A stretch of DNA of 64,000 nucleotides from a bacterium (GCA_030646995.1 JAUSKF010000006.1:99680-163679), one strand, 5' to 3'; positions 52,467 to 61,750 are shown, numbered from the stretch's first letter. A program made the numbers and translations. Notes: generated from the letters alone by a model not told the origin.

Positions 52467-52844
52467 GTGAAGAGATTCGCGATTGTAGCGCTGGTGGTCG
52501 CACTATTTTTAGGGCTCATCGGATGCGCGGAGAAGCTCGTCTATGATCCGGAAAATGACCCGGATCCGATGCCGCAACGCATTTCCGTCTCGGTTGAATC
52601 GGTTAAATTGATGAGCTCGGGAGAGTTTGTTCACACCAAAGTTGTGTTTGTGTGGCGCGGGATTTCCAGCGCTCCCGTCTATTTGCATGGAGACCAAACG
52701 AATGTTGTTTCCATAGGTATGGAGTTTAGCGATATAGAATTGGCTGATTGGGCGAATGGCAATCCGGATTATCGGTTGCGCTATAAACCGACTAACCGTA
52801 GTTATATGTTGCGTTTTTCTAAAGATACGAAAGAACAAGAATGA
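52467..52844 (+). CDS. Small lipoprotein (array member 5, paralogue of member 4)
   Basis: Lipobox LIGC; terminator cccgtacataagttatgtgcggg at 52883-52907. Confidence 0.6.
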   Translation: MKRFAIVALVVALFLGLIGCAEKLVYDPENDPDPMPQRISVSVESVKLMSSGEFVHTKVVFVWRGISSAPVYLHGDQTNVVSIGMEFSDIELADWANGNPDYRLRYKPTNRSYMLRFSKDTKEQE

Positions 52845-52949
52845 GTCGCGATAATAGCAATATCCGCCTTCGGGCGGACGCGTCCCGTACATAAGTTATG
52901 TGCGGGATTTTTTATATAAAAAAACCGGGCGGTAAAGCCCGATTTTCGT

Positions 52950-53390
52950 TCCGCTCCCTAATGAGCTGTATGTGGTGACCTCCAATACAATTTGTGTCCG
53001 GCGGTCTTTGAAAACTATAATCTCTGGCGCGGCATCCAAATTTTTGTTTCAGAGCGATGCTTTGAGGCCGCAGGTGTAGACTCTACTCCCAGGGCGAAAA
53101 GCGCAGCTATGAGATAAAAATTTTGATGCCCCGTTGGGTTGCGCCAATAATGCAATTCTGCTTTGTTGCGCGATTTTGCAATAGAGTCTATTGCTATCAA
53201 TCGCGCGCCGCGCATAATCGCATTATCAATAAGCCGCCTTGTGGACTGCATGTGGTGACCTCCAATACAATTTGTGTTGAGTGAGTGCGCGTCCATGCAG
53301 TCCACGAGAAGGCCTATAAAGAAAAGTGGCGCAACGCGCCGAGAGCTATAGTTTTCAAAGACCGCTGGTGCCGTCCATACAGCTCATCAG
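52950..53390. mobile_element. MITE-like element with about 45-bp terminal inverted repeats (element 1)
   Basis: Left end gagctgtatgtggtgacctccaatacaatttgtgtccggcggtctttgaaaactataatctctggcgcgg; right end (53330-53385) carries the reverse complement of the left end, cgcgccgagagctatagttttcaaagaccgctgg...catacagctc; internal direct copy of tggtgacctccaatacaatttgtgt at 53253. Confidence 0.5.
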
Positions 53391-53455
53391 AGAGCCGACT
53401 AAATCATTATATAGCGGTTTGGCTGAATGGCAAAAATCGTTTAGATTGAAGCTAG

Positions 53456-54388
53456 ATGCAATTCCAGGAAAACGTCAGCTTAAAAGAATACAGCAACTAC
53501 AAGATAGGCGGGCCGGCCCGTTATTTTTTTGCGCCCAAAACAGTTGATGAATTAACCGAGGCGGTGAAAAAAGCCAGGGTGGAAAAGTTGAAGATATTTA
53601 TTCTCGGTGGCGGCACCAACTTAATAATCAATGACGCCGGGTTTGAGGGCCTAGTAATAAAGCCGGAGATTGGGGGACTACGGCGCGAAGGGAATTTAAT
53701 TTTGGCCGGAGCGGGAGTGTTGATGGCCGACCTGCTGAATTTCGCGATAGAAAATTCTCTTTCTGGTTTTGAGTGGGCGGGAGGCCTTCCCGGCACGGTC
53801 GGCGGAGCGGTGCGGGGCAATGCCGGAGCCTTCGGCGGGGAGACGAAAGATAATATTAAAGAAGTGGTCAGTTTGGATATCCGTGATGCTGAGCCGAATC
53901 TGACGAAAAGAAATCGGGAGGCCTGTCAATTTGGTTATCGGAATAGCGTTTTCAAAATCAACGACGGCCATGAGATTGTTTTGGAGGCGGAATTTGAATT
54001 GACGCCCGGAGATTCGGCAGAAATAAAAAAACTGATTGATGAAAAAATAAAATACCGCCAAGACCGTCAGCCTTTGGAATATCCTAATATCGGGAGTATT
54101 TTTAAAAACGTAGACGTGCATAAGGCTTCGGCGGAGGTAGTGGAGGCCTGCAAGGCGGTGATCAAAACCGATCCTTTCCCCGTAATTCCGACGGCCCATT
54201 TGATCAACGAGGCCGGATTAAAGAATCAGCAGATTGGTCAGGCGATGGTTTCTCCAAAGCATCCGAATTTTATTATTAATTTAGGCGGGGCGACCGCTGA
54301 GGACGTGAAGGCGTTGATAAAAGTTGTGAAGTCTACTGTGAAGGAAAAGTTTGGCGTTGATTTAGAGGAGGAAGTAATTTATGTTTAA
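53456..54388 (+). CDS. murB: UDP-N-acetylenolpyruvoylglucosamine reductase
   Basis: FAD-binding N-terminus NYKIGGPARYF...ILGGGTNL and MurB C-terminal domain. Confidence 0.85.
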   Translation: MQFQENVSLKEYSNYKIGGPARYFFAPKTVDELTEAVKKARVEKLKIFILGGGTNLIINDAGFEGLVIKPEIGGLRREGNLILAGAGVLMADLLNFAIENSLSGFEWAGGLPGTVGGAVRGNAGAFGGETKDNIKEVVSLDIRDAEPNLTKRNREACQFGYRNSVFKINDGHEIVLEAEFELTPGDSAEIKKLIDEKIKYRQDRQPLEYPNIGSIFKNVDVHKASAEVVEACKAVIKTDPFPVIPTAHLINEAGLKNQQIGQAMVSPKHPNFIINLGGATAEDVKALIKVVKSTVKEKFGVDLEEEVIYV

Positions 54389-54391
54389 GCT

Positions 54392-54754
54392 ATGAAATTA
54401 AACCTTAAATTCACCGGATTGGATTCGACTTTAGCTATCAAGACTTATATTGAGGATGCCATGGTGACTTTGGGAAAGTTCTTAAGCAGAACTGATGGAG
54501 ATTCGGTGTTAGCGGATGTGGAGCTAGCCCGCAATACTAACCATCATCAAAAAGGAGACGTGTATCACGCCGAGTGTAATTTAGTAGTAGATGGCAAGAC
54601 ATTGCGAGTCGCTTGTGAGGGCTCTGATCCGAGAGTTTGCATTGATGATGTGGTGGATAGAATGAAATCGGAAATCAAAAAGATGGGCGCGCTTGGGCGG
54701 CCACAAGATTCCGGAAGTCAGGAAAAATTAAGAAAATTGCGAGGTAAAGATTAG
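54392..54754 (+). CDS. hpf: Ribosome hibernation promoting factor (RaiA/HPF family)
   Basis: MKLNLKFTGLDSTLAIKTYIEDAMVTLGKF... matches the HPF/RaiA (S30AE) family pattern. Confidence 0.8.
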   Translation: MKLNLKFTGLDSTLAIKTYIEDAMVTLGKFLSRTDGDSVLADVELARNTNHHQKGDVYHAECNLVVDGKTLRVACEGSDPRVCIDDVVDRMKSEIKKMGALGRPQDSGSQEKLRKLRGKD

Positions 54755-54782
54755 CCAAACAAAGGCTAAAAGAATAAAAGCC

Positions 54783-55062
54783 CCAGCCCCCACTTTGCTA
54801 TAAGGCTCTAGCAGCGTTGTGAGGTATAAATTCTTTATTTCGAGGAGACGAATTTTGAGGCATAGACTCTATGCCCATGATTCGACGACATAGAAATAAA
54901 GAATTTTAACCACAACCCTCTGGGATGCGGGATTTTATTATTTATTACTTCGTTTCTCGGACTGGAAGTAGAGTCTACATCTGCGCCCTCAAAGCCTCGT
55001 ACTAAATAAAAAATCTCCGCATCGCTGCGGAGTTTTATAGCAAAGTGGGGGCTTCGCGCGGG
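54783..55062. mobile_element. MITE-like element with 18-bp terminal inverted repeats (element 2)
   Basis: gcccccactttgctataa at the left end and ttatagcaaagtgggggc at the right end; nested palindromes (aattctttatttc...gaaataaagaatt; gcatagactctatgc); shares the motif ctttgagg-cgcag-tgtagactctac with element 1 in inverted orientation. Confidence 0.5.
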
Positions 55063-55070
55063 TTTTTCTT

Positions 55071-55316
55071 TTATTCTCTGTCGTCAGCTTTCACTTTATT
55101 CACCTCCTTAAGTTCCAAGAGCTTACCAACCAAATCGTGATGATTTTTCAGTCGACGTCCGTCGGGCTGGCTGGTATCAGAAACTGTAATATAGTTCTTG
55201 AGAAATTCAGGATCGCGAGCCTTTTGTCCGAAAATTCTTTCGAGCTGGTCCCAGATGCGATTGATCAGCTCAACCGTCGGCTTACCGAGCTTTGGGGTTT
55301 CCATGGTTGCATTCAT
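55071..55316 (-). CDS. Hypothetical small protein
   Basis: 81 aa; strong RBS aggaggtggg 5 nt before the ATG. Confidence 0.45.
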   Translation of the reverse strand: MNATMETPKLGKPTVELINRIWDQLERIFGQKARDPEFLKNYITVSDTSQPDGRRLKNHHDLVGKLLELKEVNKVKADDRE

Positions 55317-55481
55317 CTCCCACCTCCTAGGGTTACCTTCGAATCACTAATATCACGTTGCTCTTTTTTGTTCCTATTGTCAACTGCTCGGCCTCATTGC
55401 TTTGGGAAAACGGGATGAGAAATAAAAACGCCCCACCGATTAGACGTGGCGGAATAAGCCAAAAAGCGCTATAATAAGCCA

Positions 55482-57851
55482 ATGTTTCAGTGGATAAATA
55501 AGCTGTTCAAATCCGATAAAGCGCTTCGTTTGAAGGTGGCGGAGGTTAACGCTTTGGAGGCGGAAATAAAAGAATTTTCCAGCGAGCGATTGCTTGAGGA
55601 GAGTAATTCTTTGAAGCGCTTGATCCAGCAGAAGGAAAGCCTGCCCGCCTCTGGCGGGATGACTTTAGACGAGGCCCTGCCTCGGGCTTTTGCGTTGGTG
55701 CGGGAAACCGCCAAGCGGACTTTGAATCAGCGGCATTTTGATGTGCAGTTGATGGGCGGAATGGTTTTACATCAGGGAAAGATTGCCGAGATGCGCACGG
55801 GCGAAGGTAAAACTCTTTCGGCTACCGCTCCGGTTTATTTAAACGCTCTTTCCGGAAAAGGAGTGCATGTGATTACCGTCAATGAATATCTGGCGAAGCG
55901 TGACGCAGTCTGGATGGGTCAGATTTATCACGCGCTCGGTCTGAAAATCGCCTGCCTGATTCATGAAGGAGCGAAAATGTATGACCCGGAATTCCGCGGC
56001 AAGAACCAAGAATCGGCTTTGCTGGATAAAGAGCGCGATACTACCGGAAGTTTTTTGGTGCAGGAAGATTATTTGCGTCCTGTGAGCCGCCGGGAGGCTT
56101 ATCTCGCAGACATCACCTACGGAACCAATCATGAATTCGGTTTTGATTATCTGCGTGATAATTTGGTTTATTCCACTGATCAGCAGGTACAGCGAGAGAG
56201 AAATTACGCAATCATCGACGAAGTCGATAGCGTTTTAATTGATGAAGCCCGCACGCCTTTAATTATTTCCGCCCCCGATACTGCTTCCAGCGATTACTAC
56301 AAAACCTTTGCCCGCTTAGTGCAGGGATTAGAAGATGGCGTGGATTACATTAAAGATGAAAAAATCCGCACGATTGAAATTACTGATGAAGGAATTAACA
56401 AAGTAGAGAAAGCGGCGAATGTGCAGAATATTTATTCTCCGGAAAATTTGCGGCTTACACATTATCTCAATGAAAGTTTGAAGGCGAGGGCTTTATTCAA
56501 GCGGGATAAGGATTATGTGGTGAAGGACGGCGAAATTATTCTAGTGGATCAATTCACTGGCCGGTTGATGCTGGGTCGCCGCTATTCCGGCGGATTACAT
56601 CAGGCGATAGAAGCGAAAGAAGGCGTGCAAGTTCAGCAGGAGTCCCGGACTTACGCTTCCATTTCTATCCAAAATTATTTCCGTTTGTATAAAAAACTCG
56701 CCGGCATGACCGGTACGGCGCAGACCTCTGCGGAAGAATTCGATAAGGTTTATAAACTTGAGGCAAACAGCATTCAGCCGAACCGGCCGATGGTGCGCAA
56801 AGATGATCCGGATTTGATTTACAAAACAGCCGCCGGAAAATATTTGGCGATTGCCGCTGACGTAAAAGAGCGGCAGAAAAAAGGCCAGCCGGTGTTGATT
56901 GGCACGGTTTCGATTGTGAAAAATGAGGAGCTTTCCAAGGCTTTGCGGGATGCCGGAATTCAGCATGAAATGTTGAACGCAAAAAACCATGAGCGGGAAG
57001 GCGCCATTATCGCGCAGGCTGGAAGGGCCGGAGCGGTAACAGTGGCCACGAATATGGCCGGCCGCGGTGTGGATATTATCTTAGGTGGAAATCCTCCGGA
57101 TATTACCGAATCGCAAAAAGTAAAAGACGCGGGAGGTTTGCACGTAATCGGCACCGAGCGGCACGAGTCCCGTCGTATTGATAATCAGTTGCGTGGTCGT
57201 TCGGGCCGCCAAGGAGATCCGGGTTCTTCGCAATTCTTTTTGTCGCTGGAAGACGATTTGATGAGAATTTTCGGCGGAGAAAGAATTCGCTCAATGATGG
57301 AGTGGTTGAAAGTGCCGGAAGACATGCCAATCAGCGCGAAGTTGGTGACTCGTTCGGTTTCGCAGGCTCAATCAAAAGTGGAGGGTTTCAATTTTGACGC
57401 CCGCAAACATTTATTGGATTACGACGACGTAATGAATAAGCAGCGTTTGGCGATTTATAAAAAGAGGCAGGATTTATTGTTGGAGAAAAGCCACCCGCAA
57501 ATTTTGGGAATGTTCGATATGCTCTGGATGAGTCATTTGGAGAATATGGAAGCGCTTGCTGAATCTGTGCGCCTACGCGCTTATGGCCAGCACGATCCGC
57601 TTGTTGAATACCGCCGTGAAGGTCATCTATTGTTCCAGCAGTTGCTGGCGGAATTTGATCAGTGGATGGTGGAGAACGCGGAAAAGTTGAAAGAGCATGC
57701 CGGCCACGACCATTCGCAAATTCCTCAGCCAAATATTCCAAAAGCGGATTCTACTTCCGGCAGCGAAGTTGGCAGAAATGATCCGTGTCCATGCGGATCA
57801 AAGAAGGAAGATGGATCGCCGAAAAAGTATAAACACTGTCACGGTAAATAA
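55482..57851 (+). CDS. secA: Preprotein translocase ATPase SecA (short, 789 aa, with C-terminal zinc-binding tail)
   Basis: DEAD-like motor motifs (MRTGEGKT, DEVDSVLIDEARTPLIIS); C-terminal CPCGSKK...HCHGK. Confidence 0.9.
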   Translation: MFQWINKLFKSDKALRLKVAEVNALEAEIKEFSSERLLEESNSLKRLIQQKESLPASGGMTLDEALPRAFALVRETAKRTLNQRHFDVQLMGGMVLHQGKIAEMRTGEGKTLSATAPVYLNALSGKGVHVITVNEYLAKRDAVWMGQIYHALGLKIACLIHEGAKMYDPEFRGKNQESALLDKERDTTGSFLVQEDYLRPVSRREAYLADITYGTNHEFGFDYLRDNLVYSTDQQVQRERNYAIIDEVDSVLIDEARTPLIISAPDTASSDYYKTFARLVQGLEDGVDYIKDEKIRTIEITDEGINKVEKAANVQNIYSPENLRLTHYLNESLKARALFKRDKDYVVKDGEIILVDQFTGRLMLGRRYSGGLHQAIEAKEGVQVQQESRTYASISIQNYFRLYKKLAGMTGTAQTSAEEFDKVYKLEANSIQPNRPMVRKDDPDLIYKTAAGKYLAIAADVKERQKKGQPVLIGTVSIVKNEELSKALRDAGIQHEMLNAKNHEREGAIIAQAGRAGAVTVATNMAGRGVDIILGGNPPDITESQKVKDAGGLHVIGTERHESRRIDNQLRGRSGRQGDPGSSQFFLSLEDDLMRIFGGERIRSMMEWLKVPEDMPISAKLVTRSVSQAQSKVEGFNFDARKHLLDYDDVMNKQRLAIYKKRQDLLLEKSHPQILGMFDMLWMSHLENMEALAESVRLRAYGQHDPLVEYRREGHLLFQQLLAEFDQWMVENAEKLKEHAGHDHSQIPQPNIPKADSTSGSEVGRNDPCPCGSKKEDGSPKKYKHCHGK

Positions 57852-57852
57852 A

Positions 57853-57876
57853 AACCGCCCGAATGGGGCGGTTTGC
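57853..57876. terminator. Bidirectional terminator
   Basis: accgcccgaatggggcggt hairpin flanked by A-run and T-run between convergent genes. Confidence 0.75.
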
Positions 57877-57878
57877 GT

Positions 57879-58100
57879 TTAGTCTTTGACGTACTCACGA
57901 TGCCATCCGCATTTGGTGCAGGTGGCAGAAACTTCAGTTTCCATTCTGTCGAAACGAGGTCCGGATTCTTCGTGGGTAATCAACTGTTCGATTCTTTCCC
58001 CTTCGGTGAGGCGGCGATATATCGCCAATTTTGTTTCTTTCGTATTCCACGAATGCTTGCACAGTAGCGACCGGAACCACCGAATAATCCAGCGCATCAT
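57879..58100 (-). CDS. Hypothetical small zinc-ribbon-like protein
   Basis: 73 aa; CKH...CTKCGWH; strong RBS aaggagg 4 nt before the ATG. Confidence 0.45.
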   Translation of the reverse strand: MMRWIIRWFRSLLCKHSWNTKETKLAIYRRLTEGERIEQLITHEESGPRFDRMETEVSATCTKCGWHREYVKD

Positions 58101-58156
58101 CGCCTCCTTGGTTTGTGTTCTGCGGAGATAATATCACCTTTGCTATACTAAAACAA

Positions 58157-58759
58157 ATGCCTGAACTCGGACTCTGGTACTACACTTTAAGCGCTATTCC
58201 GCAGACCTTAGCGGCGATGATTGCTCTGGTCTCTACTTTTGTTGTTTATAAATTAAGCCGCGTGAGCGACCGCGTGGAAAAAGAGCGGGGATTAGTGAAG
58301 TCCTTTTTGTTTCATTTACATCCGGAAAAGGAAATTCATCACATTGAGGGAATGCGAGGAGATGAATTATTGGAGGCGTTACAAGAGGGAATCGCTAAGC
58401 TTGATCCTGAAGAAAAAGACCTCGGCTTTGAAGAATTTAAGAAGCTGGAAGCGTTGCTGAAGGAGTTTATCGAGGCGTGGCATCGAAGAACGGGGACTTC
58501 CGGGCAAACGATTTATAACTTTTTACAGCAAAAAGAAAATATCTTCCGCAATCTGGTGCACACCCGCAAAACGGCAATTAATTTGTTGATTACCTGTCTA
58601 TTCCTTACTGCCGTTCCTACCTGCGTCTCCTTGTTGGCATTACCGAACGTAGATTATTTCGCCGCCAATATGCTGCCGATTGCTTTTGCCCTTTCGGGAC
58701 TCGCTTCTATTAGTATTATTTTTACTACTTACAGTGTTTGGAAGATAGCGAAACTTTAA
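58157..58759 (+). CDS. Hypothetical membrane protein
   Basis: Internal ATG chosen (MPELGLWYY...); N-terminal and C-terminal TM helices. Confidence 0.4.
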   Translation: MPELGLWYYTLSAIPQTLAAMIALVSTFVVYKLSRVSDRVEKERGLVKSFLFHLHPEKEIHHIEGMRGDELLEALQEGIAKLDPEEKDLGFEEFKKLEALLKEFIEAWHRRTGTSGQTIYNFLQQKENIFRNLVHTRKTAINLLITCLFLTAVPTCVSLLALPNVDYFAANMLPIAFALSGLASISIIFTTYSVWKIAKL

Positions 58760-58873
58760 ATTGCTTCGCCTAAAGGTTAATGTAATCCCTCGCTACGGCT
58801 GGGGATTGCTGTTGCAAACAAAATTTTTTGCTTCTTTGAATTGAAAATTTTGAGCAACAGGTAAAAAACCGCC

Positions 58874-59038
58874 CTATGTGGGCGGTTGGGTTGCAGGCTG
58901 AATGCACGGGCCGTTGGGGTGGCAGGCTTCGCAGAGGCATCTTTCACAGATTATGCAGGGCATTTGCGTACCCCAGCACCAATCAATTTCCCGATATTTC
59001 TTGCGCTGTTCGTCGGTGATCTTGTTCTTTGGTTCCAC
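58874..59038 (-). CDS. Small cysteine-rich protein (54 aa; below the ORF-track length cutoff)
   Basis: GTG start 7 nt after aggagg; VEPKNKITDEQRKKYREIDWCWGTQMPCIICERCLCEACHPNGPCIQPATQPPT with 7 Cys including a ferredoxin-like C-x2-C-x2-C-x4-C-x-P spacing; stop codon sits inside a terminator hairpin. Confidence 0.45.
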   Translation of the reverse strand: MEPKNKITDEQRKKYREIDWCWGTQMPCIICERCLCEACHPNGPCIQPATQPPT

Positions 59039-59083
59039 AAAAAATCCTCCTAAAAGTTCTAACGAAAGCTTACTATAAAATTC

Positions 59084-59605
59084 TTATTTAGCGATAGGGC
59101 TGGCAGAAGACTTGAGAGTGCGGGTGACTTCGTTTTGCGGGTTGGTGTTGGAGTTGGAAACGGTCATTTCGATCTCGATCGTATGGATCGGTACCAGAGA
59201 GGGGATGTCTTCGGCGGAGGGATTAGTGACCGTATACTTAGTGAATTTCAGATTACCTACTTTAACTTTTCCAGTGGTGATTGGTGTGCCGTTCACTAGA
59301 ATTTCCGTGCCAACTCGCTCAATTTTTTGCGATCCGGAGGCGGTGACGAGCGTCAGTAAGGAGGTCGGCGTAAAAGAGGGCGGCACGCCGACGATCGGTT
59401 CGGAGGAAAGATTGGATTCTCGGATCAGGCTTTGGATGCGGTTCATCGCGAAATTCATCTGCTCGGAAACTTCCACTAAGCCGCTTTGCTGTCCCTCAAC
59501 CCGCAAAATAATCACCAAAATTCCGGTGAACATTCCGGCGACCATCGCGAAGATGGCTACGTACAATAGCAACTCTATTAATGTAAAACCGCCCGCCTTT
59601 CTCAT
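59084..59605 (-). CDS. Prepilin-type protein (type IV pilin-like)
   Basis: MRKAGG-FTLIELLLYVAIFAMVAG class III signal. Confidence 0.75.
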   Translation of the reverse strand: MRKAGGFTLIELLLYVAIFAMVAGMFTGILVIILRVEGQQSGLVEVSEQMNFAMNRIQSLIRESNLSSEPIVGVPPSFTPTSLLTLVTASGSQKIERVGTEILVNGTPITTGKVKVGNLKFTKYTVTNPSAEDIPSLVPIHTIEIEMTVSNSNTNPQNEVTRTLKSSASPIAK

Positions 59606-59631
59606 TGTATTTTTATAATAACATAGGCGAA

Positions 59632-60219
59632 TTAAACGGCGGTCGGATCGAAGAACATTATTGCCGCGGTCTTGGCGAGGATTTTTGCGTCCATCGCGAG
59701 CGATTTGTTTTTTAGATAATGCGCGTCGAGTTCTAATTCTTTTAAAAACGGCAGGCCGGAGGCGCCGCTTACTTGAGATAGTCCCGTGAGCCCGGCTTTG
59801 GCGAGCATCAGGTGTTTGTACTCATTGGGGTAGTGCACCACTTCTTCCGGTTCGTGTGGTCTTGGGCCAACCAACGCCATATCGCCCTTCAGTACATTGA
59901 TTAGCTGGGGGATTTCATCAATGCGGAATTTGCGGAGCAGGCGGCCGACTTTAGTTACGCGCGGGTCTTTGGTCATTTTGAAGAACGGGCCGTCGGTTCG
60001 TTCATTGAGCACCTTCAACACCCTTTTCATTTCGTGCGCCCCTTCATACATAGAACGGAACTTGAATACCCGGATTTTTTTACCGTTGCTGACCCGGTTC
60101 AAGCGGATGACGGCCGGTCCTTTTGATTCAACTCTAATCGCGGCCGAGATGATCGGGTAAAGCGGCGCAGTTATCAACAATCCCAGCGCCGAGCCGAGTA
60201 GGTCTATTAGCCGGTTCAT
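59632..60219 (-). CDS. Sugar transferase (polyprenyl-phosphate hexose-1-phosphate transferase family)
   Basis: Conserved C-terminal domain ...LVGPRPHEPEEVVHY... of the bacterial sugar transferase family. Confidence 0.75.
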   Translation of the reverse strand: MNRLIDLLGSALGLLITAPLYPIISAAIRVESKGPAVIRLNRVSNGKKIRVFKFRSMYEGAHEMKRVLKVLNERTDGPFFKMTKDPRVTKVGRLLRKFRIDEIPQLINVLKGDMALVGPRPHEPEEVVHYPNEYKHLMLAKAGLTGLSQVSGASGLPFLKELELDAHYLKNKSLAMDAKILAKTAAIMFFDPTAV

Positions 60220-60239
60220 ATTATAATTTTAGCATTCTC

Positions 60240-61331
60240 ATGAAAGTTGCGCTCGTGCACGATTATCTAAATCAGTACGGCGGGGGAGAGCGGGTGTTGG
60301 AGTGCTTAATGGAAATGTTCCCGGAAGCTCCGGTGTACACCCTGCTTCACGACGTGGAAAAAACCGGTGGCCGCTTTGAAAGCCGCGTGGTTAAGACCAG
60401 TTTTTTGGATTTTAAATTTGCCCGCCGCAATCACCGCTGGTTTATTCCGTTTATGCCGTTGGCGGCCCGCTCGCTGAATTTGGGAGATAAATATGACCTG
60501 ATAATTTCCGATACCGCAGGCTTCGCGAAAGGAATCCGCTATAATCGCCTCACCACCAAGCATATTTCCTATATTCACACTCCGCTCCGCTACGCATGGG
60601 AGCAGGAGGAATACCTCGGTAACTTAATGACTAACTCCCAATTACTAATTTCTAAGCCAATCCTTAATTATCTGAAGAATTGGGATTATAAATATGGAAA
60701 GCGGCCGGATGTGTTATTGGCGAATTCTAAATTCATCGGGAAAAAAGTGAAGGAGTATTATGGCCGCCCCGCGAAAGTAGTTTATCCGCCGGTAGATATG
60801 GATGTTTTTTATTATGACGAAGGCGAAAAACCGAAAATTCGGAACCCGTATTATCTCGCTATCGGCAGGGTGTTGCACTACAAGCGTTTTGATTTGGTGG
60901 TGGAGGCGTTTAAGAAATTGGGATTACCGCTGAAAATAGCCGGTGGCGGGCCGGAGCTGGAGAATATAAAAAAACTGGCGGCGGGCGTGGGCAATATTGA
61001 ATTCCTAAGTTTTTTGAACGACGAAAATGATTTGCGGAAACTTTACGCGGGAGCAAAAGCGTTGATCTTCCCGCAGGTGGAAGACTTTGGTTTGGTGGCG
61101 GCAGAGGCGCAGGCTTGCGGCACGCCGGTGATTGCTTATGCCGAAGGGGGAGCGTTAGAGATAGTGGAGAATGGAAAGACCGGAATTCTTTTTCCCCAGC
61201 AAAGCGTGGAGAGTTTGGTTGGGGCGGTGGAGTTGTTTGAGAGGAAACGTTTTAGCCGAAAAGCCATTGCTACCTCTGCGCAACGTTTCTCAAAAGAGCA
61301 TTTTAGGAGGGAGATTGTGAGTCTGATTTAG
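60240..61331 (+). CDS. Glycosyltransferase family 4
   Basis: GT4 E-x7-E motif (EDFGLVAAEAQACGTPVIAYAEGGALEIV). Confidence 0.8.
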   Translation: MKVALVHDYLNQYGGGERVLECLMEMFPEAPVYTLLHDVEKTGGRFESRVVKTSFLDFKFARRNHRWFIPFMPLAARSLNLGDKYDLIISDTAGFAKGIRYNRLTTKHISYIHTPLRYAWEQEEYLGNLMTNSQLLISKPILNYLKNWDYKYGKRPDVLLANSKFIGKKVKEYYGRPAKVVYPPVDMDVFYYDEGEKPKIRNPYYLAIGRVLHYKRFDLVVEAFKKLGLPLKIAGGGPELENIKKLAAGVGNIEFLSFLNDENDLRKLYAGAKALIFPQVEDFGLVAAEAQACGTPVIAYAEGGALEIVENGKTGILFPQQSVESLVGAVELFERKRFSRKAIATSAQRFSKEHFRREIVSLI

Positions 61332-61477
61332 ACTGATTTTTGCCCGGAAATAGGCCTGCCTGACCGGTAGGCAGGCTCAAAATAGTTCTATTGACATTTT
61401 CCTAATAGTATGCTAAACTGTACTTAGTCAGGAGTAGTTAAACCAATTGAAAAATCAAAATAGAGGAGGATGGTCGG

Positions 61478-61738
61478 ATGATTACACCCGAACGGATCCA
61501 TGCAAGAGAAAGGGAAACGCGCCGGATGTCCATTGCCCCCAATCCGGGATGTATCGGATGGGGCGAGCTTCGGTCTTGGCCCGACGTTTCTCCGGAGGTC
61601 AGGTACCACGTCGGTATCTGCGCTTTTTGCAAGAACCTCGTCTCCCCCATGGTGGAGGAGATCCAGGCGAAGAAGCGGCCGAGTCTGCTTGGCAGGCTTG
61701 CCGGGTTTTTCCGGAAGATCTTCAGCTCCAATAACTAG
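61478..61738 (+). CDS. Small zf-HC2-type protein (putative anti-sigma-factor-like zinc finger), paralogue 1
   Basis: H-x3-C-x2-C (YHVGICAFC); RBS gaggagg; GC-rich compared with flanks. Confidence 0.45.
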   Translation: MITPERIHARERETRRMSIAPNPGCIGWGELRSWPDVSPEVRYHVGICAFCKNLVSPMVEEIQAKKRPSLLGRLAGFFRKIFSSNN

Positions 61739-61750
61739 GAGGAGAATGCG

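Noticed and set aside
53015-53305. 96-aa minus ORF inside MITE-like element 1
   Set aside because: Lies within a palindromic non-coding element. No RBS. The sequence is better explained as repeat structure.
56595-57741. Antisense ORFs within secA
   Set aside because: They overlap a highly conserved gene on the opposite strand. No start signals.
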